IMG/VR virus record: IMGVR_UViG_3300043331_001462
Span: 1 to 40,026 of that record
Source of the DNA: a virus
Direction: 5' to 3' (one strand)
DNA length: 40,026 bases
Part shown: positions 16,602 through 26,494 of the stretch, in pieces
How the letters are laid out: every line of letters starts with the position of its first letter
Numbering within the stretch: position 1 is the first letter of the stretch
Notes under the pieces: generated by a model
Seen by the model: only the letters and a program-made list of their open reading frames with translations
What the model was told of the DNA's origin: nothing
Databases searched by the model: none
Position numbers and translations under genes: made by a program

Positions 16602-17597
16602 ATGGGCGTCCCCAGCGGTCTGGGCTCCAGCTTCGGGTTCGTGCCGGAGGTCACCTACGGCACGTACGTGGCCCCGACGAGGTGGATCGAGTGCTCGCAG
16701 CCGCAGCTGCGCAAGGTGAAGAACACTGTGCAGGGCGGGGCGATGGCCGCCGGCCGGTACGGCCGGCGCGGCTCCATGCGCAACGTGACCAGCAAGGCCG
16801 GCGGCGGCACCCTCACCACCGAGGTGTTCAACAAGCGGATGGGGCACCTGTTCAACGGGCTGCTCGGCGGCACCGTGACGCCCACCCAGCAGGGCTCCAC
16901 CGCCGCCTACCTGCAGACCCACACGCTGGGCGACTCGACCGGCAAGTTCTACACCATGCAGGTCGGCGTGCCGGATCTGGGCGGCACCGCCCGCCCGTAC
17001 ACCTTCCTCGGCTCGAAGATCACCGCCATCGAGTTCTCATGCGGCGTCGACGAGAACCTCACCGCGGCGGTCACCGTCGACGCCCGCGACGTCACCGAGG
17101 CCGAGACGTTGGCCGCGCCCAGCTACGCCACCGGCGTGGAGGTGTTCCACTTCGGCCAGATGGGCGTCAAGCTGGGCACCTACGACTCCGAGGCGGCCAT
17201 CCAGGGCGTACGGCGGATGACCCTGCGTATCGAGCGGCCGCACCGCACGGATCGGTTCTACGCCAACAACTCCGGCCTGAAGTCCGAGCCGGTAGTCAAC
17301 GACTACATCAACGTGTCCGGCACCATCGAGGCCGACTACATCACCAAGGCCGACCTGGCCGACCGGTTCGCCGCCGACACCTCCACCGCCTTGGTGTGGG
17401 AGTTCATCGGTCCGACCATCGAGTCGCCGCACACTGAGGTGTTCCGCATCCGCGTCCCGATGATCTTCCTGGATGGGGACACCCCCGCCGTGGACGGACC
17501 GGACGTGGTCACCGGCCCCTACAACTTCGTCGGCCTGGACGACGGCACCAACGCCCAGGTGTCGCTCATCTACATGTCCGCCGACACCACCCTGTAG
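16602..17597 (+). CDS. Major tail (tube) protein candidate
   Basis: 331 aa and beta-rich. RBS is GGAAGG. Lies upstream of the chaperone and tape-measure genes. Confidence 0.6.
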   Translation: MGVPSGLGSSFGFVPEVTYGTYVAPTRWIECSQPQLRKVKNTVQGGAMAAGRYGRRGSMRNVTSKAGGGTLTTEVFNKRMGHLFNGLLGGTVTPTQQGSTAAYLQTHTLGDSTGKFYTMQVGVPDLGGTARPYTFLGSKITAIEFSCGVDENLTAAVTVDARDVTEAETLAAPSYATGVEVFHFGQMGVKLGTYDSEAAIQGVRRMTLRIERPHRTDRFYANNSGLKSEPVVNDYINVSGTIEADYITKADLADRFAADTSTALVWEFIGPTIESPHTEVFRIRVPMIFLDGDTPAVDGPDVVTGPYNFVGLDDGTNAQVSLIYMSADTTL

Positions 17598-17599
17598 CC

Positions 17600-18058
17600 G
17601 TGGCCGTGCAACAGGTGGCCGGGCCCAGCCCCCAGCGCATCGCCGTGGCCTACCGCCGCGGCGCCAAGCAGGTGCCGGCGGCCATCCGCCGCGGCTTCCA
17701 GCGCGCCCTCGCGCCACTGGACGCCGAGGTCGCCTCCCAGGTCGACGACAAGTTCCCGTCCGGGTACGCGCCGGTGTTCAACGCCAGCCGAAAGGTCACC
17801 ATCAGCCTGCGCGAGCACGGCGCGCAGGTGACCGCCGAGGCGCGCATCTACGCCACCGGCCAGACCGACCGGCGCAAGGTCACCGACCTCAACCGTGGCC
17901 TGCTGCGCCACCCGCTGTTCGCCCGCCGCGCCCGCTGGTACGCCCAGGCCATCCCGGCTGGCTTCGGCGACCAGGCCGTGCAGGCCACCCAGCCGGGCAT
18001 CAGCCGGGCCATGAACGCCGTTCTGGACAACATCGAACAGACCCTGACGGGAGCGTGA
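17600..18058 (+). CDS. Tail/neck component (HK97 gp10-like features, tentative)
   Basis: 152 aa. The motif LNRGLLRHPLFARRARWYAQ resembles the gp10 family from memory. Confidence 0.5.
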   Translation: MAVQQVAGPSPQRIAVAYRRGAKQVPAAIRRGFQRALAPLDAEVASQVDDKFPSGYAPVFNASRKVTISLREHGAQVTAEARIYATGQTDRRKVTDLNRGLLRHPLFARRARWYAQAIPAGFGDQAVQATQPGISRAMNAVLDNIEQTLTGA

Positions 18059-18450
18059 CCGCGCCAGTGCCGAAAACCCAGATCGCCAAGATGCGGCACC
18101 GGCTGTGCCCGGCCGACCGGGACACCTACGGCGACCCGCCCGGCTCCGACGGCTGGGTGATCTTCGACCCGGACGCGCTGTGCGACCTGCCCGGCTCCAA
18201 GCTGTCCGAGATCGAAAACACCACCGGGTTCCTGATCGCCATGTTCTGGGTGCCCACCCAGCGCTACAGCGCGCTGGGCATGCGCGTCGAGGTGTGGCTG
18301 GCCCGCCGGCTGGCCGGCCTGGTCGACGTGTGGAACGCGTTCGACCCCAAGGTCATGCAGATGGAGTCCGAGAAGATCGACCCGCCTGCCGGCGGTGATG
18401 CCGACCCCCCGGCGCCTGGCTCGCCGCCTGGCTCGCCGGCCGCCCCGTAG
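18055..18450 (+). CDS. Tail assembly chaperone (G-like)
   Basis: GTGA overlap with the upstream gene. Lies directly upstream of the tape measure gene. Confidence 0.65.
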   Translation: MTAPVPKTQIAKMRHRLCPADRDTYGDPPGSDGWVIFDPDALCDLPGSKLSEIENTTGFLIAMFWVPTQRYSALGMRVEVWLARRLAGLVDVWNAFDPKVMQMESEKIDPPAGGDADPPAPGSPPGSPAAP

Positions 18451-18608
18451 CCGCCGCCTACCGCGAGGTCGAGCCGCACTTCACCTACGAGGCCGGGCTG
18501 CCACCCCGCGAGACCCGGCTAATGTCACCGGCCGACATCCGCGGCCACCTGCTGTGGCGCCACCAGCAGATCCAGCAGCGCCAGCTCACCGACCAGCAGG
18601 GGAGGTGA
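18055..18608 (+). CDS. Tail assembly chaperone -1 frameshift product (GT-like)
   Basis: The -1 frame is open over 18399..18608 and encodes a plausible peptide (AWLAAWLAGRPVAAAYREVEPHFTYEAGL...). A candidate slip site C CCC CCG lies at 18405..18411. Confidence 0.45.
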
Positions 18609-18614
18609 CCGCGG

Positions 18615-20633
18615 GTGGCCGAAGAGCTGCGGTACAAGTTCACCGGCGACGGCGGCTCGCTGGCCCGCACGTTGGCCGACACGGCCGACAAGGCCGACAA
18701 GGCCGGCGACGCGCTGGACGACCTGGCCGCCGACGCGGCCAAGCTCGACACCGAGATCGCCACCCTGCGCACCTCGATGCGCGACACCGCCCGCGACATC
18801 GCCCGCACCGCCGACGAGGCCGAACGCAAGAACCTGTTCAAGGTGCTGGCCCAGCAGAAGCGGCAGATGGGCCGGGTGGTCCGGGCCCGCGACCTGATCG
18901 ACTTCACGCCGGAGGAAGTCACCAAGCTCGGCGCGCGGATGGCCGCCGCGCTCGGCGAAGGTGTATCCCGCGCAGGCGGGCCGATCGCCGACGCGCTGGG
19001 CAATGTGTTCGGCGCGCTGCCCCCGCAGGCGCAGGCCGCGATCGGCGCCGGCGTCGTCGCCGCGGTCGCCGCCGCCGCGCCGGCCGCCGCCGCGGTCGTC
19101 ACCGGAGCCGTCTCCGGCGGTATCGCCGCCGGCGGTGTGGCCGCCGGGGTGGCCCTGGCCGCCCGCGACGCCCGGGTCAAGGCCGCCGCCGAAGGCCTGG
19201 GCGACACCATCCTGGACGCCCTGGCCCGCTCCGCCGCGCCGGCCTTCGTGCCTCCGGTGCTCGACGCCATCGCCACCATCCGGGTCGAGGTCCGCGACCT
19301 GGACGACGAGCTGGACGACATGTTCGGCGCCGCCGCCCGCAACGTCGACCCGTTCGTGCGAGGGCTGGTCGGCGGCGCGAAGGCCGCGCTGCCCGGCTTC
19401 ACGGAGGGCCTGGAACGCTCGCACGTGGCCGCTGAGGCCTTCGCCGACGGGATGATCGAACTAGGTGACGCCGTCGGCGACTCCATCGCCCTGATCTCGC
19501 AGGCATCCGCCGGCGGGGGGCAGGCCATCGAGGACCTGTTCGTCATCCTCGAGTTCGGCGTGCGCTCCATCTCCGCCATGATCACCGGGCTGACGTTCCT
19601 GTACGAGGCGCTGCGGTTCGTCACCGGCGGCGCGGCCGCCCAAACTGAGATCATCTCCAAGCATGCGGTCGCCGCGGCCGACGCCAAGAACCCGCTGGAC
19701 GGGCTGGCCGAGGCATTCCGGGGCATCGGCGAGGAGCAGGGTGAGGCCGCCGACACCGCCCGCGAGTTGGACGAAGCCTGGGACGACCTGTTCAACAACA
19801 CGATGTCCGCCGACCAGGCCCTCGTGCGCTACGAGGAGTCGTGGGACCGGCTGATCGAAGAGCTGAACACCGGCAAGAAGACTCTCGACCTGGGCACCGA
19901 GGCCGGCCGGAACAACATGAACGCGGTGCTAGACCAGATCGAGGCGATCAACGGGCTGCGTGAGGCGGGGCTGATCAACGATCAGCAGTACGAGGACCAC
20001 CTCGGAACGCTGCAGGCCACGCTGATCAAGCGCGGGTTCGAAGCCGCCGCGGTGCAGCGGATCATCGACAAGTATCGCAACATCCCGTCCCAGGTGCAGA
20101 CCCTGCTGAAGAACAACGCGGTGCCGGCGACGTCGCGGGTCGAGGAGTACATCCGCAAGCTCGGCGACATCCCCAGCACCCGCACCGTGACCATCATCCA
20201 GCGGCTGGTCCAGAAGGGTGTGCGCATCGCCGGGCTGACCGGCCCGGGCGGTGTCACCGCGTTCAGCAAGGGCGGCGTCGTCGAGGGCCCCGGGCCGCGC
20301 GGCGTCGACTCGGTCCCTGCGTTGCTGGCCCCGCGTGAAGGTGTGCTCACCGAGGCCGGGCTTGAGCGGCTCGGCGGCCCGCAGATGCTGCATGCCCTGA
20401 ACAAGGGCCTGCCGTTGCCGGCCTCGGCGCCAGCCCGATCGAGCGGTCCGCGCCCCCTGCTCGGCGCCCGGGCCACCACGAGCAGCGCCGATCTGACCGC
20501 GCTGGCGCAGGCGTTCGCCCGAGCGGTGCGCGACGAGCTGCGCGGCGTGCAGCTGGCCGTCAACGTCGACTCCCGGCGCGTGGGCGAGGCGCAGGCCAGC
20601 GACGGGTACCGCAAGGCCCGAGGAGAGCACTAA
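18615..20633 (+). CDS. Tape measure protein
   Basis: 672 aa, Ala/Gly-rich and helical. GTG follows GGGGAGGTGA. Position is canonical. Confidence 0.9.
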   Translation: MAEELRYKFTGDGGSLARTLADTADKADKAGDALDDLAADAAKLDTEIATLRTSMRDTARDIARTADEAERKNLFKVLAQQKRQMGRVVRARDLIDFTPEEVTKLGARMAAALGEGVSRAGGPIADALGNVFGALPPQAQAAIGAGVVAAVAAAAPAAAAVVTGAVSGGIAAGGVAAGVALAARDARVKAAAEGLGDTILDALARSAAPAFVPPVLDAIATIRVEVRDLDDELDDMFGAAARNVDPFVRGLVGGAKAALPGFTEGLERSHVAAEAFADGMIELGDAVGDSIALISQASAGGGQAIEDLFVILEFGVRSISAMITGLTFLYEALRFVTGGAAAQTEIISKHAVAAADAKNPLDGLAEAFRGIGEEQGEAADTARELDEAWDDLFNNTMSADQALVRYEESWDRLIEELNTGKKTLDLGTEAGRNNMNAVLDQIEAINGLREAGLINDQQYEDHLGTLQATLIKRGFEAAAVQRIIDKYRNIPSQVQTLLKNNAVPATSRVEEYIRKLGDIPSTRTVTIIQRLVQKGVRIAGLTGPGGVTAFSKGGVVEGPGPRGVDSVPALLAPREGVLTEAGLERLGGPQMLHALNKGLPLPASAPARSSGPRPLLGARATTSSADLTALAQAFARAVRDELRGVQLAVNVDSRRVGEAQASDGYRKARGEH

Positions 20634-20636
20634 GCC

Positions 20637-22667
20637 GTGGACACCTGCGCGTTCGTCGACTCGATCGGCGAGGTGTACGACGACGTCACCGACGCGTTCG
20701 GCGGCAGCGAATCCAGCACCTGGGGAACCACCGACACCGGCCAGGCCTGGTCCAACGACGGCGGAAGCGCCAGCGACTACTCGGTCGGCTCCGGCACCGG
20801 ATCGCTGTCCCTAGGCTCGGTGGCGGTTTCCCGCCGCCCACACCTGGCCGGAGTCAGCGTCGCCGACGCCGACTCCACCGTCACGATCACCGTGCCCGCG
20901 TTGGCCACCGGCGCGTCCATGTCCGTCGGAGTCACCCACCGCTACGCCGACAGCAGCAACCACCTGCGCGCCGAGCTGGTCTTCCAGACCACCAACGACT
21001 TCATCATCCGGCTCGTGCAGGCCTCCACCAGCGGCGGTGCGCAGATCATGGCCAGCTCCGCCGCCATATCCTCCTACACCGCGGCCAGCAGCTGGAAACT
21101 GCGCGCCCAGATCATCGGCCGCCGCTACCGGGCCAAGGCATGGGCGGCGGCCGACCCGGAGCCGGCCGACTGGAACGTCACCGGCCTAGTCACCGACGCC
21201 GCCGTGGTCGCCGCCGCCGACGCGGTCGGAATCCGCGCCATCCGCGAGACCAGCAACAGCAACGGCACCGTGGCGTTCCTTTTCGACGACTTCACCGTCT
21301 CCAGCCCCAGCCAGATCCGCCTCGATCTCAACGACGGCACCACCTGGGGCCTGGACTACCAGGGCACCAGCCTCGACCCGCCGCCACGCAAGTACGTACG
21401 CGCCGGCGGGCTGATGAGCCAAGGGGAGACCATCCCCGCCGGCGCGTACGCCAACCGCACCTTGCGCCTGTCGCTGGGCCTCAACGCCACCAGCCTCGAC
21501 GACATCGCTACGAAGATCCAGCAGCTGCAGCGCGAGCTGGACCGAACCAGCAACGTGCTGCTGTGGCAGCCCGCCGGCGCCACCCACCCGGTCTACTTCC
21601 GCACGCTGTGGTCGGCCGACCAGCAGATGCAGGTGTTCCCCGGCGACGGCCTCTACCGGGAGATCCGGCTCGAGATGCAGGCCGAGCCGTTCGCGTACGG
21701 GCTGCTGCAAACCCTGGACACGGCAACGGTCACCAACAACCCGGCGTCCAGCTGCTACTTCGACCTGGCGGCCGCCGACATCATCGGCGACGTCGAAACC
21801 CCGGCGATCATGACGTTTGCGTACGCCGGCGTGGAGGACATGGGCCCCACCGCGGTCGGGGTCCGCCGCCACGGAACCCCGTCGCTGATGCCCACCACGC
21901 TGCAGTGCGAGGCCATGACCGGCGGCACCGACACCACCATCCAAGCCAACGACGCCGTGATGTCCGGAAGCGGCCAGAACTACATGCGGTGCACCTACGC
22001 CACCGTGGCCGCGACCATGACGGTGCGGCTGACCAGCTCGACGTTCCCGTCCACCCCCGGCGAGGACGTGCGAGGTACGTACCGGGCGTTCCTGCGCTAC
22101 CGCAAGTCCTCCTCGAGCAACCCCATCAACGTGCAGCTGGGCTGGTCGTTCGGCTCCACCTCGGCCAGCAACCGTGAAGTCGCCCTCGCCTCCACCACCG
22201 ACCGCCGCTGGGTCGACCTGGGTCTGCTCACATATCCGTTCGGCGCCGACCCGATCCACGACCTGTCCGGGGTGGAAATCCCTGCCCGCGGCGGCGTCAT
22301 CACCATCTCCGCCCAACGAACCAGCGGGTCCGGCAACACCGACTTCGATGCCATCGTCCTGGTGCCCGCCGACCCGGCCGACGGCTACTGCCTGGTCACC
22401 TGGCCCACCTCGTCGGGCCCCACGCTCGCCGTCCTGGACGGCAACCGGGAGACCATCTACAACCTCGGCGGATCCGCCGAGGTGTACCCGCGCGAGCTGC
22501 CCAACGTCCGCGGCGTCTTCCCGCACTTGACCCCGAGCCAGGATCACCGCATCGTCGTGCTGCTCAATGCCGGCGGCGGCTCCAGCAGCGACGACATCAC
22601 CGACACCGTCGACGTGACCGTCTCGTACTACCCGCGCTACCTGCTCGTACGTCCGGCCACGACATGA
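20637..22667 (+). CDS. Minor tail protein (distal tail, Dit position) with N-terminal lectin-like domain
   Basis: 676 aa, immediately after the tape measure. The N-terminal ~230 aa look like a LamG/ConA-type module. Confidence 0.75.
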   Translation: MDTCAFVDSIGEVYDDVTDAFGGSESSTWGTTDTGQAWSNDGGSASDYSVGSGTGSLSLGSVAVSRRPHLAGVSVADADSTVTITVPALATGASMSVGVTHRYADSSNHLRAELVFQTTNDFIIRLVQASTSGGAQIMASSAAISSYTAASSWKLRAQIIGRRYRAKAWAAADPEPADWNVTGLVTDAAVVAAADAVGIRAIRETSNSNGTVAFLFDDFTVSSPSQIRLDLNDGTTWGLDYQGTSLDPPPRKYVRAGGLMSQGETIPAGAYANRTLRLSLGLNATSLDDIATKIQQLQRELDRTSNVLLWQPAGATHPVYFRTLWSADQQMQVFPGDGLYREIRLEMQAEPFAYGLLQTLDTATVTNNPASSCYFDLAAADIIGDVETPAIMTFAYAGVEDMGPTAVGVRRHGTPSLMPTTLQCEAMTGGTDTTIQANDAVMSGSGQNYMRCTYATVAATMTVRLTSSTFPSTPGEDVRGTYRAFLRYRKSSSSNPINVQLGWSFGSTSASNREVALASTTDRRWVDLGLLTYPFGADPIHDLSGVEIPARGGVITISAQRTSGSGNTDFDAIVLVPADPADGYCLVTWPTSSGPTLAVLDGNRETIYNLGGSAEVYPRELPNVRGVFPHLTPSQDHRIVVLLNAGGGSSSDDITDTVDVTVSYYPRYLLVRPATT

Positions 22668-24307
22668 GCATCCCCATCCCGCTCGCGGTGCGGATCAGCA
22701 ACTCGCGCACCGACGTGCACGTCACCCGCCACGTCAGCGACCTCGTCTACCGCGAAGTCGCCAAGGGTGGCTACTCGTACTGCACGTTCAGCCTGCACCG
22801 CTCATTGCTCTGGCAGCCCGACGAGCTGCAGTACTACTCGCGGGTGTACGTGTACGACGGCTCCGGCTCCGTCGTGTGGGAGGGCCGGCTGGAGGACCTG
22901 GGCCCGGAGGCCGGCTCCAACGGGCACGTGTGGCGCGTCACCGCGATGGGCCCGTCCGCGCACGCATCAGACATCACCCAGCCGCGCATCTGGGTGGATC
23001 GCGACCTCAGCCGCTGGATCAAGGCCCGGTCGGCGTCGCTGGAGCAACAGACCACCACGGTGTCCGCCGGCGACGATCCGGGCGGCTCCGGCGCCGAATC
23101 TCTGGTCCTCAGCTTCCCCACGTCGATGACCGTGCCGACCAACGGCGCCTGTACCAGCTACTACCTGTACATCGAGTACGCCGGACAGGAGCTGGCCGTC
23201 CTGTACTACGCGTGGGACGCCGGCCTGACCTCCGCCGACTGGCGGATCCGTGGCTTCTCTTCCGGCAGCACGGTGGTGCGCACCCAGTCCGCGTCCACCG
23301 CCGGTGGCGCCGCGGCCGCCGACGTCGTCACCACCGACTTCTCCGTCGGTGACAACCGGCCGCTCGTGCAGTTCCGCTGGGAAGGCGCCGCGTCCGGGAC
23401 CGGCACCGGCGACATCGTCTGGGCCAGCATCAAAACCTTGGTCGTACGCGCCATCACCTACAGCAAGAGCGGCTCGAAAATCACATCCGGCTACTCCTCG
23501 GCCGACATCACCATCCTGGCCTCCGACGTGGTCGCGGACCTGCTCGGCTGCGGGATGCTCGACGAATACGACGGCGCCAACGCCGAGATCGACACGACCA
23601 GCTACGCGATCACTCAGCTGGCCGAGCCGGAAGGCACCACCGCCGCGGCTGTCCTCGACCAGCTGATGGAGTTCGAGCCGGCGTACCGGTGGGGCGCGTA
23701 CGAGTCCAACTCAGCTGGCAAGTACCGGTTCCGCTGGGTGCTGTGGCCCAGCCAGATCCGGTACGAGGCCACCACCGTCGATGACTTCAGCTCGCCGGCC
23801 AGCGCCGACCAACTGTGGAACGCCTGCCGGGCCTTCTACACCACCACCCTGGGGCTGCAAAGCGTACGGGTCACCTCCACCGTGCCCGAGCTGGACGACG
23901 CCGGGTTGACCCGCGAGGCGTCGATCACCCTGCCGCCCGGGTCCACTTCGACTGACGCGACCCGCGCTGCGGAAGAGTTCCTCGAAGAGCACGCCCGGCC
24001 GCCGGCCGCCGGCACACTGAAGATCGCCCGGCCGGTCTTCGACCGGATCCTGGGCCGATGGGTGCAGCCGTGGCAGATCGCGGCCGGCGAGCTGATCTCC
24101 GTGCGGGACGTGCAGCCCACCGCCGCCTCGCTGACAGCCACCGCCCGCGACGGTCTTCAGGTGTTCCGCATCGCCTCCCGCGAATACCGGACCAGCGACG
24201 CGGCCGCCACGCTCGAGCTCGACGAGTACTCGCTGTCCACCGCCCGCGCGCTGGCCGCCGCGGCTGCCCCCCGCCGCAAGGGCAAGATCGGCCGAAGGAG
24301 GCTGTGA
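22664..24307 (+). CDS. Minor tail protein (Tal position)
   Basis: 547 aa, with an ATGA overlap to the upstream gene. Confidence 0.75.
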   Translation: MSIPIPLAVRISNSRTDVHVTRHVSDLVYREVAKGGYSYCTFSLHRSLLWQPDELQYYSRVYVYDGSGSVVWEGRLEDLGPEAGSNGHVWRVTAMGPSAHASDITQPRIWVDRDLSRWIKARSASLEQQTTTVSAGDDPGGSGAESLVLSFPTSMTVPTNGACTSYYLYIEYAGQELAVLYYAWDAGLTSADWRIRGFSSGSTVVRTQSASTAGGAAAADVVTTDFSVGDNRPLVQFRWEGAASGTGTGDIVWASIKTLVVRAITYSKSGSKITSGYSSADITILASDVVADLLGCGMLDEYDGANAEIDTTSYAITQLAEPEGTTAAAVLDQLMEFEPAYRWGAYESNSAGKYRFRWVLWPSQIRYEATTVDDFSSPASADQLWNACRAFYTTTLGLQSVRVTSTVPELDDAGLTREASITLPPGSTSTDATRAAEEFLEEHARPPAAGTLKIARPVFDRILGRWVQPWQIAAGELISVRDVQPTAASLTATARDGLQVFRIASREYRTSDAAATLELDEYSLSTARALAAAAAPRRKGKIGRRRL

Positions 24308-25056
24308 TGGTCTGGCACCTCAACCGCGCCCTCACCAACCTGCGCGCCGAGGTCAACGCCCGGTGGCCCAACCGGGACCGCACCAGCGACGGCACCATCG
24401 GCGACGCCGCCCACCAGGCCACCAGCAGCGACCACAACCCCGACCTGGACGGGTCGGTCGACGCCTGGGACATGGACATCGACGGCGTCGACGTCTGGCA
24501 CATCATCGAGCGTTTCGAGCAGCACGAGGCCGCCCGCTACTGGATCTACAACCGGCAGATCGCCAGCCGCTCGAACGGCTGGAAGCGGGAGCGCTACACC
24601 GGCGCCAACCCGCACGACAAGCACGTGCACTTCAACACCCGCGAGGGCTTCGAGGACTCGGACGACTCGTGGGGCATCGGCGAGGAGGACGACATGCCCA
24701 CCGCGAAAGAGTTCGTCGACGAGCTGCTCGAGCGGGAGCTGCCGTCGGAAACGCTCGGCACATTCACCGTCGGCGACCACCTCAAGGGTGGCCGGCTGGC
24801 CGCCCGCGACGTTGCGGCGTTGCGCGCCGAGCTGGTCGCCCGCGACGTCGCGGAACGGGCCCGTGACGCAGGCACCGCCGAGCTGCTCTCCCAGGTGCTC
24901 GCGGCCGCCGGCAATCCGCTGTCTGACGAGCAGTTCGCTCAGGCGCTCGACGCGCTGCGCGCTGCGGCCGCCGGCGCGGCCGAGACCGCTGTGTCCCGGA
25001 TCGAGGCGAAGCTGGCCGCGGCCGCGCGCGCCGAGGCCGACGCGCTCGGCGGCTGA
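24307..25056 (+). CDS. LAS/M15-like zinc peptidase (endolysin or tail-associated lysin) with Ala-rich coiled-coil tail
   Basis: GDAAHQATSSDHNPD...VDAWDMD...DKHVHFN fits an H..D / HxH metallopeptidase pattern. Lies between the tail genes and the holin-like genes. Confidence 0.55.
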   Translation: MVWHLNRALTNLRAEVNARWPNRDRTSDGTIGDAAHQATSSDHNPDLDGSVDAWDMDIDGVDVWHIIERFEQHEAARYWIYNRQIASRSNGWKRERYTGANPHDKHVHFNTREGFEDSDDSWGIGEEDDMPTAKEFVDELLERELPSETLGTFTVGDHLKGGRLAARDVAALRAELVARDVAERARDAGTAELLSQVLAAAGNPLSDEQFAQALDALRAAAAGAAETAVSRIEAKLAAAARAEADALGG

Positions 25057-25070
25057 GGGCGGGCCAGTGC

Positions 25071-25334
25071 GTGACCCCCGAGAAGATCGTCCCGCTGCTT
25101 CGAGACCTGGCGACGCTCGGGGTGGGCGCGTACACGTTCCACTGGTCGGTGACGCACGGGGCGAACCTCGGCGCGATGTTGACCTCGGCCGCCGTGATGC
25201 TTGGTCCGACGGGTATCGCGCTTTTGGCCTCCTGGTTCGGTACCCCGGCCAGCCAGCCGTCGCCGCACTCGGCGCCGCAGGCGCCGTCGGCGCCCTTGCG
25301 GTCGCCGTCGCCTCCCGCGGCTGGTGAGCCATGA
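25071..25334 (+). CDS. Membrane protein (2 TM), holin-like
   Basis: GTG lies 8 nt after GAGGGCGGG. Two hydrophobic helices and a Pro/Ser-rich tail. Confidence 0.55.
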   Translation: MTPEKIVPLLRDLATLGVGAYTFHWSVTHGANLGAMLTSAAVMLGPTGIALLASWFGTPASQPSPHSAPQAPSAPLRSPSPPAAGEP

Positions 25335-25585
25335 AACGACAGCCGCTCGGCTACTCCATCGCCGCAATATTCCTGACGCTGCTCGTCGCGATCCCCTCGG
25401 GCTACTGGTACACCAACCAAGTCCAGCGCGAGTCGGAGCGCCGCCACCAGCAGCTGGTGCGCGAGTCGGAACGCAAATGGTGCGACCTGCTGGACATCCT
25501 CACCGGCGGGCCGTCGCCGGAGACCGACCGCGGCCGCGTAATCGCCGACTTGATGCGCACCCTGCGCGAGCAGTTCGGCTGCTGA
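25331..25585 (+). CDS. Membrane-anchored protein (1 N-terminal TM)
   Basis: ATGA overlap with the upstream gene. TM segment is YSIAAIFLTLLVAIPSGYWY. Confidence 0.55.
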   Translation: MKRQPLGYSIAAIFLTLLVAIPSGYWYTNQVQRESERRHQQLVRESERKWCDLLDILTGGPSPETDRGRVIADLMRTLREQFGC

Positions 25586-25618
25586 CCCGCCGCCAATCGA
25601 CCGAGGAGGTCGGCCCCC

Positions 25619-25867
25619 ATGCCCACCACCTATCCGCCCTCAGCGACCGCTGACGCCCGCAACCGGGCCTGGCGCACGTTCGTGCAGGGCCTACTCGTCG
25701 ACATCGTCCTGGCGATCGCCGGAGGGCTTTCGCTGGTGCTGTCATCGCCGGACTTCGCCTGGACCGGGGCGTACTGGACCGCCGTAGGCCTCGCCCTGGC
25801 CAAGACCACCCTGACGACGATCGTGGCGTACGTGATGCGCAAGGCCGCGCCGCCGGCCGTCTCGTGA
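25619..25867 (+). CDS. Holin (r1t-like pattern)
   Basis: RBS is GAGGAGG. The RNRAWRTFVQGLLVDIVLAIAG segment plus a second TM helix is typical of actinophage holins. Confidence 0.65.
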   Translation: MPTTYPPSATADARNRAWRTFVQGLLVDIVLAIAGGLSLVLSSPDFAWTGAYWTAVGLALAKTTLTTIVAYVMRKAAPPAVS

Positions 25868-26211
25868 CAGCGCCAGACCTGTCCCTTGTCCAGGAGCTGC
25901 AGCGGCAGATCGACGAGGCGCGGACCCAGACCGAACAGGTACGTGTCTCCACCCGCGCCGACGTCGAGCGCGAGCTGGCCGGCCGGCACGCCGACGAGCT
26001 CGCCCGGCAGGACCAGAGCTCCCGGCTGGAGTCGCGGCGGCGGCTCGCCCAGGAGCTACGCCAGAGCCACGTTCTGGACGACGTGCTCGCCGTGCTGCAG
26101 GACCCGAACGGTGGTGCGCCCAGGGCGCGCGCGGAACGCATCGTCGCCATCCTGGCCGGCCGATTCGAGCCACCGGCGGAAGAGGTCGCGCGCGTAGCCA
26201 GCCGGCCCTAG
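25864..26211 (+). CDS. Hypothetical coiled-coil protein (115 aa), last gene of late operon
   Basis: GTGA overlap with the upstream gene. Its stop abuts the stop of the convergent minus-strand ORF. Confidence 0.55.
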   Translation: MTAPDLSLVQELQRQIDEARTQTEQVRVSTRADVERELAGRHADELARQDQSSRLESRRRLAQELRQSHVLDDVLAVLQDPNGGAPRARAERIVAILAGRFEPPAEEVARVASRP

Positions 26212-26415
26212 TCACGCCCGGTGCTGGTGGTCCGGGTCGCGGACCTTCTTCCGGCAGTCCCCGGTGTGGCACCGCCAGTGGATGCAGGCAGTCCCGCAGA
26301 CCTCGCACGGTGACCAGCACTGAGCCGGGCCCGGGTGCCCGGCCGGGCACGTCGCCGGCGGCTCGAAGATCCAGCCCCACCGTTTGCCGACCCTGATCCG
26401 CACCAGCCGCGCCAC
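26212..26415 (-). CDS. Hypothetical Cys-rich protein (67 aa)
   Basis: CPAGHPGPAQCWSPCEVCGTACIHWRCHTGDC suggests a zinc finger. There is no clear RBS. It lies downstream of the hairpin at 26452..26494. Confidence 0.4.
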   Translation of the reverse strand: MARLVRIRVGKRWGWIFEPPATCPAGHPGPAQCWSPCEVCGTACIHWRCHTGDCRKKVRDPDHQHRA

Positions 26416-26451
26416 CCGAACAACTGTACGACTCGCACTGTTCCCCCCGCA

Positions 26452-26494
26452 GAAGAGCGCCCCTCCGCCCCCCTCGGGCGGAGGGGCGCTCTTC
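26452..26494. terminator. Perfect 19-bp-stem hairpin (5-nt loop), potentially bidirectional
   Basis: GAAGAGCGCCCCTCCGCCC ccctc GGGCGGAGGGGCGCTCTTC. Confidence 0.7.

Noticed and set aside
18395-19435. 346-aa alternate-frame ORF overlapping the tape measure gene, and similar Arg-rich ORFs across the tail genes (for example 16421..17437, 17473..18450 upstream part)
   Set aside because: These are poly-Arg/Gly/Pro translations in off frames of well-supported structural genes.
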